From NCBI RefSeq assembly GCF_018350175.1, contig NC_058368.1, positions 140,370,001 through 140,434,000 of the forward strand: a stretch of DNA of 64,000 bases. Direction: 5' to 3'. Below are positions 38,825 through 51,327 of this stretch, in pieces; position 1 is the first letter of the stretch; each line of letters starts with the position of its first letter. The position numbers were made by a program, and so were the translations under genes. The notes below the pieces were generated by a model. It was given only the letters and a program-made list of their open reading frames with translations. It ran no database searches and was not told where the DNA came from. The stretch comes from Felis catus. Its lineage: Eukaryota.

Positions 38825-40269
38825 ACAAGCCTTCACAAGTCAGCTAGTTTACTGACTTGGCTTACAACCTGTGGAGATCAAATGATAATCTTTATATGTG
38901 ATAAGCATACTGTATTTGTTGATGTCACCCAAAGAGATCGCTACCATGATTTTCCAATCTTGATTGAGCCCCTACTCTATGCTAGACAATGATCAAATTT
39001 CAACTCCACGAAAGCTCTCAATATTTAGACTCCCAGAGTCTCTAAGAAGAAAACAGTAGCTTGGAATTCTACACATGGAAGAGCAGCAGGTTTTCAACAG
39101 CTATAACTTTCCCATGTTGTCTGGACCTTCTTGCGGCTACTACTGTTTGGTAGTAAGGGTGAAATCTGGGTACTCCAAGTGCTAATATTTCATTTCTTTT
39201 TAATTAAGAGGAAGTAGAAACATAAATAGCAACTAAGGTAGCATTTACTAAAGGCTCAAAGGAAGATATTACTAAAGATATTTGATACAGGAATTTGGAG
39301 GGGAAAATAAACTTAAGTGCAAGAAGGAGAAAGCCAACACAGGAATAGCCACTGGAACAGTCCAGGTAAGAGCTTGAACCTGACTGGCCACGGTGAGGAT
39401 GAGAGCAAAGAAGAAAGAAGGGACATTAACTTGGAAGAGGGCTATGTATAAGGAACCACCTGTCTTAGGGAGGGATTGGACGCTGAGCAATCAAACCAGA
39501 TTGGGGTTTTGAATCTAAGTGACTGAAAATGTTTGTAGGAATAAAGTATGGCAAACACAGGAAAGGTACATTAGTAGAGGGGGAGGGGGTCGATGTGGAA
39601 GTGGTTGATTATGATCTTTTTATCTGTTGAGTTTGAGGTGGCCGTTGTATTTATAGTATGGCAAAGGGCAGGCCCTGGCGAGAGCTGCCTTCCTTGGAGT
39701 GGTGTTCCTTGGTGCACTATTGGCTTTTACGCTTGGCTTCAGGCTGACCAGATCCAGATGTGAAGTTAACTCTTGGCAAGCTGAGTGACTGACCTTTAGT
39801 AGGTAGCTAGCTCTAAGTACAAAACACAACAGAATGTTTAAGCTGTGCTTTGTGATAAAATGTGGCAACATCTCCTTAGACAATAGACCAATCATATGGC
39901 CATCCTTCCATTCACTCATGAAGTGATCAGGTGTCCCTTGTTGAGTCTTAACGGGAGGACCAGGAGTCACTAACCAATCCCCAAATGGAGAAGCAGTCAT
40001 CAGGGACTGGGTCTCTGCAGCCTGGTAAAGAGCAGTTGAGTTTTGGAGTAGGAACTACAACCCCGTCACCAGAAAACAAGCATCTTGTCAGAAAGATGTG
40101 TATGTTTGCATATTCAGATTGCTTCTATCAATATGTTTATCTCAATGAGGCTTTGCTTCAAAATAGTATAGATATGCCTTAATCAAGCAAAGTAAAAGAA
40201 TCTCAACTTTAAACGCTGGTAAACCAACATTCTAAGACACTGTTTCTATTTTGACTACATTAACAAAAC

Positions 40270-41180
40270 GCATATTTCTTTTAAAAAAATATTTTGAAAA
40301 GTGTTCCAAACACAGAGAAAGATATAGAGGATAAAATAACAAATATTTATGTATGTACCGCCTGGATACAAGAAACGTCATATTTGCCTCATTTTTTTGA
40401 AAGGAAATGAAATCTTACAGAATTTGATGTTCCTGTCTACCTTCTCAGCATCCATCACCTTCCCTAGTTTGTCGGTCGTTATTACTATTCTGAAATTGGT
40501 ATGTTCTTCCTGTGAGTCTTTTTATGCATTTGCTACATGCATATGTCCCAATATCATGTAATATTATTTTATATGTTCATAACTGTACAGGAATGCCATC
40601 ACATAGTATTTTCTTATTCTGTCATATTTTTTTTATTTTTTTTTAATTTTTTTTTCAACGTTTTTATTTATTTTTGGGACAGAGAGAGACAGAGCATGAA
40701 CGGGGGAGGGGCAGAGAGAGAGAGAGACACAGAATCGGAAACAGGCTCCAGGCTCCGAGCCATCAGCCCAGAGCCTGACGCAGGGCTCGAACTCCCGGAC
40801 CGCGAGATCGTGACCTGGCTGAAGTCGGACGCTTAACCGACTGCGCCACCCAGGCGCCCCCTGTCATATTTTTATATATCACAATGTATTTATCCAATTC
40901 ACGACTCAAGGACATTTAGGTTGTTTCCAGTTTTTCCTGGAATGAACATCCTTGTACATGTGTACCTGAATGTGACTGCTTCTCTAGAGGATCTTAGTAG
41001 ATGGGGAATTACTGAACTTCAGGAATTGCACATCTTTGCCTTCGCTAGAGATGGCCAAGTTGTTCCTCTACATGATTGCTGGAAGTACATTCCTCTAAAT
41101 ACTGTATGAGCATTCCTAATATTCCACACTAGCTAAACATTTTAATTTTTGCCAACCTAGTGGCTGTTTTAATTTTCATC
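40270..41180 (-). mobile_element. Old L1 (L1MC/ME-like) 3' fragment interrupted by a SINE
   Basis: 'ggacatttaggttgtttccag...atgaacatccttgtacatgt' are reverse L1 motifs. Confidence 0.6.
40633..40860 (-). mobile_element. Young Can-SINE
   Basis: Near-consensus body. TSD ctgtcatatttttt at 40619-40632 and 40861-40874. Confidence 0.95.
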
Positions 41181-42003
41181 CCCTGAAAAACAGTGAAGCT
41201 TTTTTTCAAACTATCCAAGCTCTCCTAAGTCAGCTAGAAGTTTGTTGGCCTCTCATCCACCATTTAAGACAAAGTGTTCCAGATGGGGTAAGAGTCAGAC
41301 AGAGAAAATTGTGCTGGGGGGACACGTGTAGACTCAGATAAACCCAGTCCTGCCATTCACTACTGTGAGGCTCTCCAAGGCTCAGTTTCTTCACAGAGTT
41401 GCTCCAGGATTGAAAGTAACAACTATTTCTCTTACGCTGCCTGGTACACACAGGTATTTACCAAATTCATGATTGTATCAAAATAATTGAGTAGCCACTA
41501 CATTCCAGGCATTGCTGCAGAGTCCTGGGCACACAGCAGTGAGCATTAGATCAAGCTCTACCTGTCATGAAGCTCACATTCTCAGACAAATAATGAACAA
41601 AGAATCCACTATGTGGAATGTCCGATGAAAAATGCAGCTGAGAAAATTAATGCAACGTAAAGGGGATAAAAATGGAAGAGGGGCCCCTAGAATCAATGCT
41701 GCTTCTTCCTCTTGCTCATTTCTAGGCTGCCCTGGGATCTACTGAATCACTGGAGTTTTAACTTTCTTGAACTGTGAAATGGGAAAATAATCATGGAATC
41801 CTGTGTGGTTTTATTTACTCATTTGCTAAAACTGAAGTTTAGATAGTCATCCCAAACTTTGATTTGTTTAGAACTTTAACTTGAAAGCAAAGAGAAAAAA
41901 CAAGAGTGCTTACTGATTTGACATTAACAAAATCGTTGAAAGTTGTCCAAAATTATACAGATTTTAGTGGCATGAAAAAGGGCTTCAATGAAAAAAATGT
42001 GTG

Positions 42004-42034
<31 letters not shown>

Positions 42035-44211
42035 AACAAAAATACGTAAAGTACAAAAGGCAATGGGTGGAGACTCTCTGGAGGCCTGGAATGTAGTTTA
42101 GCCTCTATTGCTCCATAGCCATGGAGTCATACCTCTCTGTGCTGCTCAGTGTCCTTGTCATAAAATGATGCTAAGAGGCCGTCAATCCTACAGTTATTTT
42201 GCCCCCTGACACTACTACTTTTTCATTTGTTTTTGAGAACTGAGACATTTATTTCTGTTCTGATTCTTTTTTTTTTTTTTTTAACTGATGTTGGACTGTA
42301 ACAATTTCCCTTTTTAGATATGGAAGTCTTCTTTGCAAAGAAGTGTGGTTCCTGCTTCTGCTCAGGAGAGGGGATGAGTTGGAAAATCTTAACTTAAGGA
42401 GCACCCAGGACTTTGAAGAGGCTTTGAATAATTTCTTTGTTGTCATTGCTTCATGCTTCACTTCTTTGGTGATGCTCTGAAAGCACATTGATCAATATTC
42501 GGGTAAATATGTTAAAATGATTGATAACATGATATTGGAAAATCACCAAATTATTTCAAAGGTAAATGGAATGTTAGAATTCCATGCCAAGAGTTTTACT
42601 TAAACATACTTTTTTATCCTGTCTGATGCTCTTGATATAATTAACCTGTTATTGTTATAAAAACAAAGTTACATTTTTTCCAAACACCTTCATGTTCATT
42701 TCAACTTATCAAAAGGAAAGAGGTAAGTCTTAGAAAACCATCTTTTAAAAACAATGTTGCTTTAAAATTGTTTCACTTTGTCTAGTTTTTCAATGTCATC
42801 TTTTGTTTCACAGTAAAGAAAAAACTCCTCTTTATTAAAAAAAGATTTTTTACTAGATGGCTTCAGTTTTTGTTTGTGATATTCTCGTAAGCACAATCAG
42901 ATGGCAAAGTACGCTGGCACATGGTCCTGTATTTATTTGACTCCCTCTCCAATGTCAAACCCTAAGAGAAAATAGCCCAGAATTCTGCAAATAAGTTTCT
43001 TTTCTGAGACTGTGCAGAGAAATGATCTCAGAGATAGTACTGTTACCCAATGAATGAAGACGGAAATCCCAAAGATTAATTCCAGCACTTGCAAAAAAAT
43101 CAGGAGCATTTACTTTTACAGCTTCTTCTTAGTGTTGTCTATACAAACAGTAGTTGTGACAGAGCTTGAAGCCTCCCCAGAGCCCTCAGAAAAGAGCTGA
43201 CCAGCTAGAACATGAACTTAGAACGACTCTGGTGATCACCTATGTATGTTTCAACCTTCACTTTCTACCATGAACAGATATTTGCTTACTACAATCTGTG
43301 ACATCTATGTAAATATTGATGGCACCAACTTGTTTGTATTAAAACTCCCCCTTTATCACTTACTGGTGTCAATGTCATTGAAGCTCTCCTCCTACTTCTG
43401 CCTCAGCCCTTTTCATCAGGTGTTAGCCTCCAAGTTACCCCTCTCTAATCCATCCTATAATCTGCAGCAAGATTCACTTTCCCTGAACTCCCTTTCATCA
43501 TACGGCTCCCATGGCCATAACTTTGAAAGCTCTCAAAAGCTCCTATGATCATATCCACACAGTGATGTCAGTGTCCTCCATGATCTGATATCACCTCCAA
43601 AACTCCCACCCTCACCTCCCTCGTGTCCCACCCATTGTCCTTTGTCCTGTTGGTCTTCCTGGAGGGGACATTGTGTAACTCTTACCCACTTTTCAAGGTC
43701 CACCCTAAGGCACTCTTTCAAATCCTATCACCTTCATCAACGATTCTAGTTTATGATTTCACCTCATCTCTAAATACATAGACTACCCACTTACTTGGGC
43801 CTGAATTCTCCATTCACACTGAAAACTGATATACACAAGTAAGAGTTTCATTGTTAGTACATCAGACATGGAATCATAGAGAAGGAATGAACTTTAGATT
43901 ATCCTCCTATTCAGCATCGCCTGAAGCACAGAAAATTCTCCTAGACATGTTCCCCTCTGGGTGAACACTGACAGGGTGCTATAACTTAACATGTGTCTGT
44001 TTCACCTTTGAATTGTTCTTATTATTAGAGGCATCTGCTCTTTAAGGAAGAACCCCACTCTTTCCATTCCAACCAGGTGAGAATCTAATGCTCCCAGAAA
44101 AGAAAAAAAAAATAGGGGAGGAGGAGAGAACCCTCTTGTTCTCCCACCTGAGCGAGATTTCCCTTAGTCCAATTGAAATCCCTTGTGCCTATTTTCTAAC
44201 AGAACTACTCC

Positions 44212-44460
44212 CCTGGGTGGCTCAGTTGGTTGCGTGAGGGACTCTTGATTTTGGCTCAGGTCATGATCTGGAGGTTTGTGGGTTCAAGCCCCACATCAGG
44301 CTCTCCATGCTGACGGCGGGGGGAGCCTGCTGGGGATTCTCTCCCTCTCTCTCTGCTCCTCCCCCGCTCTCTCTCACCTTCTCTCCCTCTCTCAAAATAA
44401 ATAAACTTTAAAAAAAAGCAGCTCACTTTTAAACATAAAATTAAAAAGAAAAAATAAAAA
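44212..44460 (+). mobile_element. Can-SINE followed by a MER5-like fragment (to ~44590)
   Basis: SINE body. TSD agaactactc / agaactagtc. Confidence 0.85.
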
Positions 44461-45073
44461 AGAACTAGTCTAAGCAGGGCCTGCAGATCTGCAGTGTCAG
44501 CATCACCCAGCAGCTTGTTAGAAATGCAAATTCACCGGCCATAGCCCAGAGCAACTGAACTGGAAAATATGAGGGTGGGGCCCCAGAATCGGAGATTCAA
44601 GGGAAGGCATCACCGCTATGAAATGGAAAACAGCTGGCCACTGTCTGCATCTCTGCATACTTCAAAATAGTGTCACTACGCACTTTCTCTCCAAATAATC
44701 TCACCACTCTACCTCAATTATTTTATTTTGCCGGCCACGTGGTCATCCCCGCATCCCACATGTGACAAACAGGTGAGGGCACAGGGATAGAACGGTCCCA
44801 CATTCCTCCAGATGTTATCACTCTGAGGCACAAAGAGAAAAACAGCGCCAGGTGACCGCATTAGAAAACCCCTTTTAGAAAAGCCACAAGCAGTTTAATT
44901 TCCTTTAAAGCTTAGCCGGAAAAGATGTTCGTGGTGTGCGACCCCACCTGGGCTGGGCGGCAGTTCTGTGCACGGTGGGTGTGGGGCGGAGGGGGAGCCG
45001 GCCGAAAGTGAGCGGAGGGTACTCAGAGTCGTGTTTTGAGTGGTTGCTTGGGTAGTGTTTATCTTGCTATTCC

Positions 45074-45074
<1 letters not shown>

Positions 45075-45108
<34 letters not shown>
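45075..45108. repeat. (AC)17 microsatellite upstream of IQGAP2
   Basis: Direct read. Confidence 0.95.
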
Positions 45109-45110
<2 letters not shown>

Positions 45111-45219
45111 AGTTTCTTGTCCTGAAAGGGGAACCCTGTATTTTGTAGACAAAGAGTCGCAGAAGCAACTTTCGAAGGAAAAAAAAAAAAAAAAAAAACC
45201 CGAACAAGAGAAAGAAAAA

Positions 45220-46330
45220 AAAGAAAAAGGCTTCGCGCAATCCCCCCAGAGGGCAAAGAACCGCGCTGTTTGTCCTGTAACTCGGCAACACCCCGGGCGA
45301 ACGGCGCTGCCTGTATCTTCTGCGGTTTCTCTTGCTCTTCTCCGCGCGGGCTCACTTCCACTCTCGGAACACCCCAGAAGTGCAAATTCAGGCTGGGCGG
45401 CCGCGGGCCCCAGCTGCAGGGGATCCCGCCCCAGCGTCCCGCTCAGCCCCTTCCTCCACCCGCGGGCCAGCAAAGGGGCGGGCTCACGCGGCCCGGGCGC
45501 TGCGCCCCGCACGCGGTAGGGGTCGCTGCTCGGCGGCGCGCGCTCCCACCGCGGAGAATAACGGGGCCGGGCTGCAGGAGAAAGGAAACCTGCCCGGGAC
45601 GCGGCGGCGGCCGGGACGGAGCGAACGACGAGAGTTCACTTTTGCTCGGGTGTCAGCGCGCGGCGGCTGCAGCGAGCGCCGACCAGGGAGCACCGCGCGA
45701 GCGGGTCGCCCATCTCGGGGCGACCGGGGGAGGGCAGCGAGAGGCCGGATACGAGCGCGCCGGCGGGGCGCGGAGCCGGCGAGCCTGGCTAGCGAGGGGA
45801 GCCGCGGGGGGCGCGCCCCGGGCGGGCCCCCGGAACAGCGCAGGATGCCCCACGAGGAGCTGCCGTCCCTGCAGAGACCCCGCTATGGCTGTAAGTACGC
45901 CGGGTGCGCGGGGCTTCCGGCGGCCTTGGGGAGACCCCTCCCCGGGGAACGCGTTGGAGAAGCCGAGGGAGCCGGGTGCGCGCCGCGGAGGGAGCCGGAG
46001 GGCAGCAGCTGTGTGGCTGGCAAAGTTGGGAGCTGGAGTTGCAGAAGGTAGTGAGCGGCGTCTTCCCGCTCTCCCCGCAATTTTCAGATCCTCAGGGGCA
46101 ACCCCAGTCTTCTGCCCGGAAAACCCCGCCGGGGCGCGCGCAGGCAGTGCTGAGTCTGAGCTCTGGGACGGGCCCGGTTGTGCGTTTAGGGGTATCAGGT
46201 GAGGAGCCTTTGGAGCTCCGGGCCGCTGCCGGCTCGGACCAGGGGGTGGCGTAAGGGACTGGATTGTTCCAACTCTGGAGGAAAGTTTGCCGTGGCTACA
46301 GGTGGGCACCGCGAGTACTGCGCCCACGCA
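45220..46330 (+). promoter_or_regulatory. IQGAP2: CpG-island promoter / 5' end of IQGAP2
   Basis: Very high GC and CpG density around exon 1, GC boxes (GGGGCGG), Inr-like TCACTTT at 45636-45642, and no TATA box seen. Confidence 0.9.
45845..45890 (+). CDS. IQGAP2: First coding exon of IQ motif-containing GTPase-activating protein 2 (MPHEELPSLQRPRYG + 1 nt)
   Basis: aggATG with A at -3. The peptide matches the IQGAP2 N-terminus as I recall it. Phase-1 donor GTAAGT at 45891-45896. Confidence 0.95.
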
Positions 46331-47558
46331 CTCTACCAGTGGCAAAGTCGGTTCTCCTGGAACAGCTCTCTTCCTACCTTGCTCCCTCGAGCTGCACGTG
46401 AGCTGAAAGAGCCAGTTTGCGCCCCATTGGCGTGAGTCCTTTTCTGGTGCTGCTGAAAGGAGCACCTCCGGGCCCAACCCCTCTGTTCCCTGCTGCCCTG
46501 TGACCCTGCCAGGACTGCCATGGGGAGAGGACGCAGAGCTAGGCTCCCCAGGATCCGGTCGGAGCCCGTGTGACTTGAACGAGATGGTGTCGATTTACCC
46601 AGCCAGGGGCTGTTGCCATCGGAAAGAGGTTGCTTTGGCGGATCGTGAGTAGATGGAGCCAGATTAGCACCAACCACGTGGCTTCATGTACAGAGTTCAG
46701 AGTCTTGGCTAAACATGCCAGGAAGTATTTCCTTTAAAACAAACAAAAAGTTGGCGTCCATCGCAGGCCCTGTCAGTGAACCCATGGCTGAAGACCACTG
46801 GTTAATCTTTTGCCCTGGCTGGCCTTGGGGTAGAGGAATCAGGTTTGGGTGAAGGTGGTGATACCTGCTGCAGGGTTGTTTTGTGCGCTTGGGAGGGCGG
46901 GGTGGGAGGGGAGGAGTTAACGTGTGTAAGTTCTTTCTCCCCATTAGTCTTGGAATGGAGAGTTAGAGATAGGAAGTTAGTTTTGCCATGTGACCCGTTT
47001 GGTGTATGGCAATGAGGAAGAAGCCTGAGGAGCCAGCTGCAGACTCCGTACAGCAGGGAAATGCATTAAACAACGCGCCAGGACCCGGTTCTTTGCAGCC
47101 TTAATGACACTGTAGTAAAGCACACAGACAGCAGAGCTCCTTGGATTCGAGGAGCCATGCTGTGGTCATTCAGTGTGTGTGGTGTCACCCACAGGTTGGT
47201 GAAAGCCTCTTATTTGTGTGACAAGCTCTCGGAACATATGGTAGCTTCACTGTGTCAAATTTTAAGACGACCCCGTTCTGGAAACTAGGCAAATAGACCC
47301 CCCTCCCCCCCGCAATGGCTTTGGATGCACATTTTAAAGCATGATGTATTTGGTGGGTCATCTCTCAGGAGTTCAATGTGCGTGCAAAGTTGGAGTGAAT
47401 GAAGTGCGTTAGTGTAACGTTTTCACATGCAGAAACAGATGGATCTGTGATGGTGCCTGATTTTCATCAAATACACCTGTGGACCTAGCCCACGTCAGAA
47501 ACGCAACCAAGGAGGTTCAGATCTCAGAAGCATGAAGAACACGCCACACTGCCACTTT

Positions 47559-47750
47559 GTTTTGTTTTGTTTTAAATGTTGATTTATTTTTGAGAGTGAC
47601 AGAGACCTAGCACGAGTGGGGGAGGGGCAGAGAGAGAGGGAGACACAGAATCCGAAACAGGCTCCAGGCTCCGAGCTGTCAACACAGAGCCCGACGCGGG
47701 GCTCGAACTCACAAACCGTGAGATCATGACCTGAGCCACCCAGGCACCCC
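47559..47750 (-). mobile_element. Can-SINE with internal deletion
   Basis: Reverse SINE. TSD gccacttt. Confidence 0.9.
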
Positions 47751-47913
47751 AGCCACTTTCTTTGGAAATAATTGTTCCATTTCTCGCATGAGTCTGGTGT
47801 AATGGAGTGGGGTGCCACCTGTTGGAAACACTCCCATTTGTCTTCCCCTAGCTCACAAAGTGCTGGCGTTGTTTGGTCATTGACTAAAAGTGTTTGATAG
47901 TTTCTAGACTTTA

Positions 47914-48122
47914 AAAAAAAATTTTTTTTAATGTTTATTTATTTTTGAAACAGAGCATGAACGGGGGAGGGTCAGAGAGAGAGGGAGACACAGAATTGGA
48001 AGCAGGCTCCAGGCTCTGAGCTGTCAGCACAGAGCCTGATGCGGGGCTCGAACCCACGGACTGTGAGATCATGATTTGGGCCAAAGTCGGACACTCAACC
48101 GACTGAGCCACCCAGGCACCCC
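47914..48122 (-). mobile_element. Can-SINE
   Basis: TSD gatagtttctagacttta. Confidence 0.93.
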
Positions 48123-48596
48123 AGATAGTTTCTAGACTTTATGGTCACCCTAAAATATTCAGACTTCAGTAAAATAGGCTGTATGTCATTAACATGAACA
48201 TTTCTTTATTTTGCTGCTAGGCTCATGAATGGTTGTAGGCTCATAGTTTCTTTGAAAAAATCTAGTTGAATATACCTCCGTGTTAGTCAATGTTAAGGAA
48301 CACTCATTATTCATGCAAAAGGAGACTCTCTGATGTGTTAGAATACATCATTTCTGGTGGTGGTCTGATTTTGGGGCTCTGTCAACATGAGACTGCAAAC
48401 AGTGCTGTGAGCTCCTTACAGGAAAGCTGGCAAAGGAATGAAGGAAAATGCACTGTCCTTGGTGTGTTGATTACAGAATTGTGCTTCTTCTGGTTTCTGA
48501 GTTTGGTGAATACAGGTTTAGTTTAACGAGACCTCAAACTATACCAAACAGGTATTACCCCTGACATTAAATGACAGACATTAAATGAACAGAATA

Positions 48597-48785
48597 GGGC
48601 ACCTGCGTGGCTCAGTTTAGCCACTGACTTCGGCTCAGGTCGTGATCATGCAGTTCGGGAGTTCAAGTCCCCATGGGGTTCTGTGCTGACAGCTCGGAGC
48701 CTGGAGCCTGCTTCAGATGCTGTGTCTCCCTCTCTCTCGGCCCCTCCCCTGCTTATGCTCTATCTCTTGAAAATAAATAATAAAT
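48597..48785 (+). mobile_element. Can-SINE
   Basis: Typical head, body and tail. Confidence 0.9.
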
Positions 48786-49314
48786 TTATTTGATACGTTG
48801 TTGTAACTTAACTTCCAGTACCGTACATTCTGAGTAAAAGGTATTTGAGACTGGACTTTGTGAACAACTTTTTAGTAGTTGGTATTAAACTTGTTTTAGG
48901 TATATTTTTTTGTTCTGCCATCTCTCTTCCTCTTGAAATGTCATTTAATTTAGTAATTTTTGTACAAAGTTAATTCACTGAACTCAGGGCTGTTTTCCAC
49001 CAGGCTGAGTGCGGGTAAAATACCACATAGTAAGTTGCACTTGAGGGGTTTCTCAATGAGTGTCCATGAAGGCACTCATCTCGGATTTCGGACATGAAAC
49101 ATTGCTGAAGTCTTTTTGATTGGCACATGGGAGCCCGGAATTAAAATTAAATCATTTTTCCATTTAATCCCTGCTTTTCCACTTTGGCCACCTTCTCCTG
49201 CAACCTATGAAGTTATTTTGTATCCTGTGAATACCGAACAAAGCTGAAATACCAGCTCATTCATGTAGTGCTGCAGGGAATAAGTGGCAAAAAGGAAAGG
49301 TGGAAATTGCTTTC

Positions 49315-49523
49315 TAATTTATTTTTTAATGTTTGTTTATTTTGTGAGGGCGAGAGTGAGAGCGAGAATGCAGGGGAGGGGCAGAGAGAGAGAGAATCCC
49401 AAGCAGACTTTGTGCTGTCAGCATAGAGCCTGATGCCGGGCTCAATCCCACAAACTGTGAGACCATGACCTGAGACGAAATCAAGAGTCAGATGCTTAAT
49501 TGACTCAGCCACCCAGGTGCCCC
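49315..49523 (-). mobile_element. Can-SINE
   Basis: Reverse SINE. Confidence 0.9.
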
Positions 49524-50866
49524 AGCTTTACTACTTTAGAACCAGAATGTTGTACAAGATAACTAGGGTATGTTTTTACACTCAAAACCAAATTTAAGTG
49601 ACACTGATGGGTAGGCATGATTTGCAAGTAATTTTTGTGCTCTCGTAATGAACGATAATGAATTAGCCAAAATAATTGTCAAAACACACTGCCACCATGA
49701 TCTGTCAAAAGTTTTGTTCCAGTTACTTGAGAGTTAAGAACGTCACTGATAGCAAAAGATGACCCTGCGCTCTGATGATCTCAGAGCTGATACCAGTCAG
49801 CGTTTAGGTACTTACTGTGTGTGGGGGGGAGGGGTAGTAATCAATGTGTTTTTGGCAAGCACTGTGGTTTTCTACCCTCTGCAGACTTCTCTCATGAGAA
49901 ACATCCTAAAACGAATAGTTGTCAGTGTTACCCTGTTTCTTTGAGAAAATGCAACAGGAGCCTAGCAGAAGCGTGTGCCAGCCGCAAGTGTGCTGGGGTG
50001 GGGGTGGGGCTGTTCTGGCTGAGGTGGTGAACGTTTTGTTTGTTGGATAATGCTCTTGTTTCAGCAGCGAGATTTCTAAATCACCTGATAGCTGGAGTAC
50101 TGGGGTGGGTAACAAGACGAAAAGTCAAGTTATTCCTTCATGGGCTATTTGTTTTGATTGAGTTTTGCCAAAGGATCTTCAAGGTCAACAGCCAAAGTGT
50201 GGTTTTAGTATGCTTTTAACTTTAATTACACGTGTTGTTAGCCAAAATGACTTGTTTGGGAGAGTTTAAGCTTGTAATACCAAGGTTGTTTTAGAATTTA
50301 GTATTTAGGGGGTCAGTTAACCCCCTTTTTTCTCTAGGGAACCATTGGTTTGCCGTTGCCCCTTACCCTCCCGCTAGGCAAGCTTTTTAACAACTTGCTT
50401 AAAAGTCTACTATACAAACAGTTCTGATGCACCAAGTCTTCATGGTAACCAGTGGAGAAACAGAGTCCACTCGACTTCTGTTGGCTGGTCAGCTATAGTT
50501 CCACAGGGCAGGCACTTGAGCATGGGCATTCAGGTTGTGCACTTGGCAAGAGCTGGTTCTTCTCATGAGCACTTGTTACCATCTGCTTATTAGTACCTTT
50601 GAGAGGGCCAGCGGTCTCCCCATTTCACAGAGGAGCTGAAATCCAAGATAACGTCTCAAGGCCACACAGCTGGCTGGTGACCCCAACTTGACAGCTGGTG
50701 TTACCAGGGCCTGAAGGCTTTGCTCAGTGGCTATTGCCAGTTTGTCTTCTCTGAAGTACTCATAGGGGTTCCACCTCTTTGTCTTTCTGGTGTGTCGTCA
50801 TTTTATCAAAGTCACCAAACCTGTAGCTATTTGGCTAGTGTGCTCTTCTAAAAGTGGATGCACGGT

Positions 50867-51040
50867 GAGGCGACTGAGTGGCTCAGTTGGTGTACGTCTT
50901 ACTCTTGATTTCAGATCAGGTTATGATCTCACAGTTAGTGAGTTTGAGCCCCTCACTGGGATCTGTGCTAGCGACATGGAGCCTGCTTGGGATTCTGGGT
51001 CTCCCTCTGTCTCTCTGCCCCTTCCCTGCTCATACCCAAC

Positions 51041-51079
<39 letters not shown>

Positions 51080-51095
51080 AAAATAAATAAACCTT
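50867..51095 (+). mobile_element. Older Can-SINE (host of a nested SINE)
   Basis: Diverged head and long (CT)n. Outer TSD aaaagtggatgcacggt / aaaagcagatgcatggt. Confidence 0.88.
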
Positions 51096-51111
51096 AAGAA
51101 AATGTAAAAAA

Positions 51112-51327
51112 GGGGCGCCTGGGTGGCTCAGTCGGTTGAGCGTCCGACTTCAGCTCGGGTCACGATCTCGTGGTCCGCGAGTTCGAGCCCCGCGTCGGGC
51201 TCTGGGCTGATGGCTCAGAGCCTGGAGCCTGCTTCAGATTCTGTGTCTCCCTCTCTCTCTGCCCCTCCCCCGTTCGTGCTGTGTCTCTCTCTGTCTCAAA
51301 AATAAATAAACGTTAAAAAAAAAAAAA
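51112..51327 (+). mobile_element. Young Can-SINE nested in the tail of the previous SINE
   Basis: TSD aagaaaatgtaaaaaa / aagaaaatgaaaaaaa. Confidence 0.94.

Noticed and set aside
42249..42488. Minus ORF ending in a poly(A) run, resembling a retrocopy
   Set aside because: No recognisable parent protein, poly(A) signal or TSD.
44895..46477. Long overlapping ORFs (205-310 aa) on both strands
   Set aside because: These are a by-product of GC-rich, stop-poor CpG-island sequence. Only MPHEELPSLQRPRYG up to the GTAAGT donor is real.
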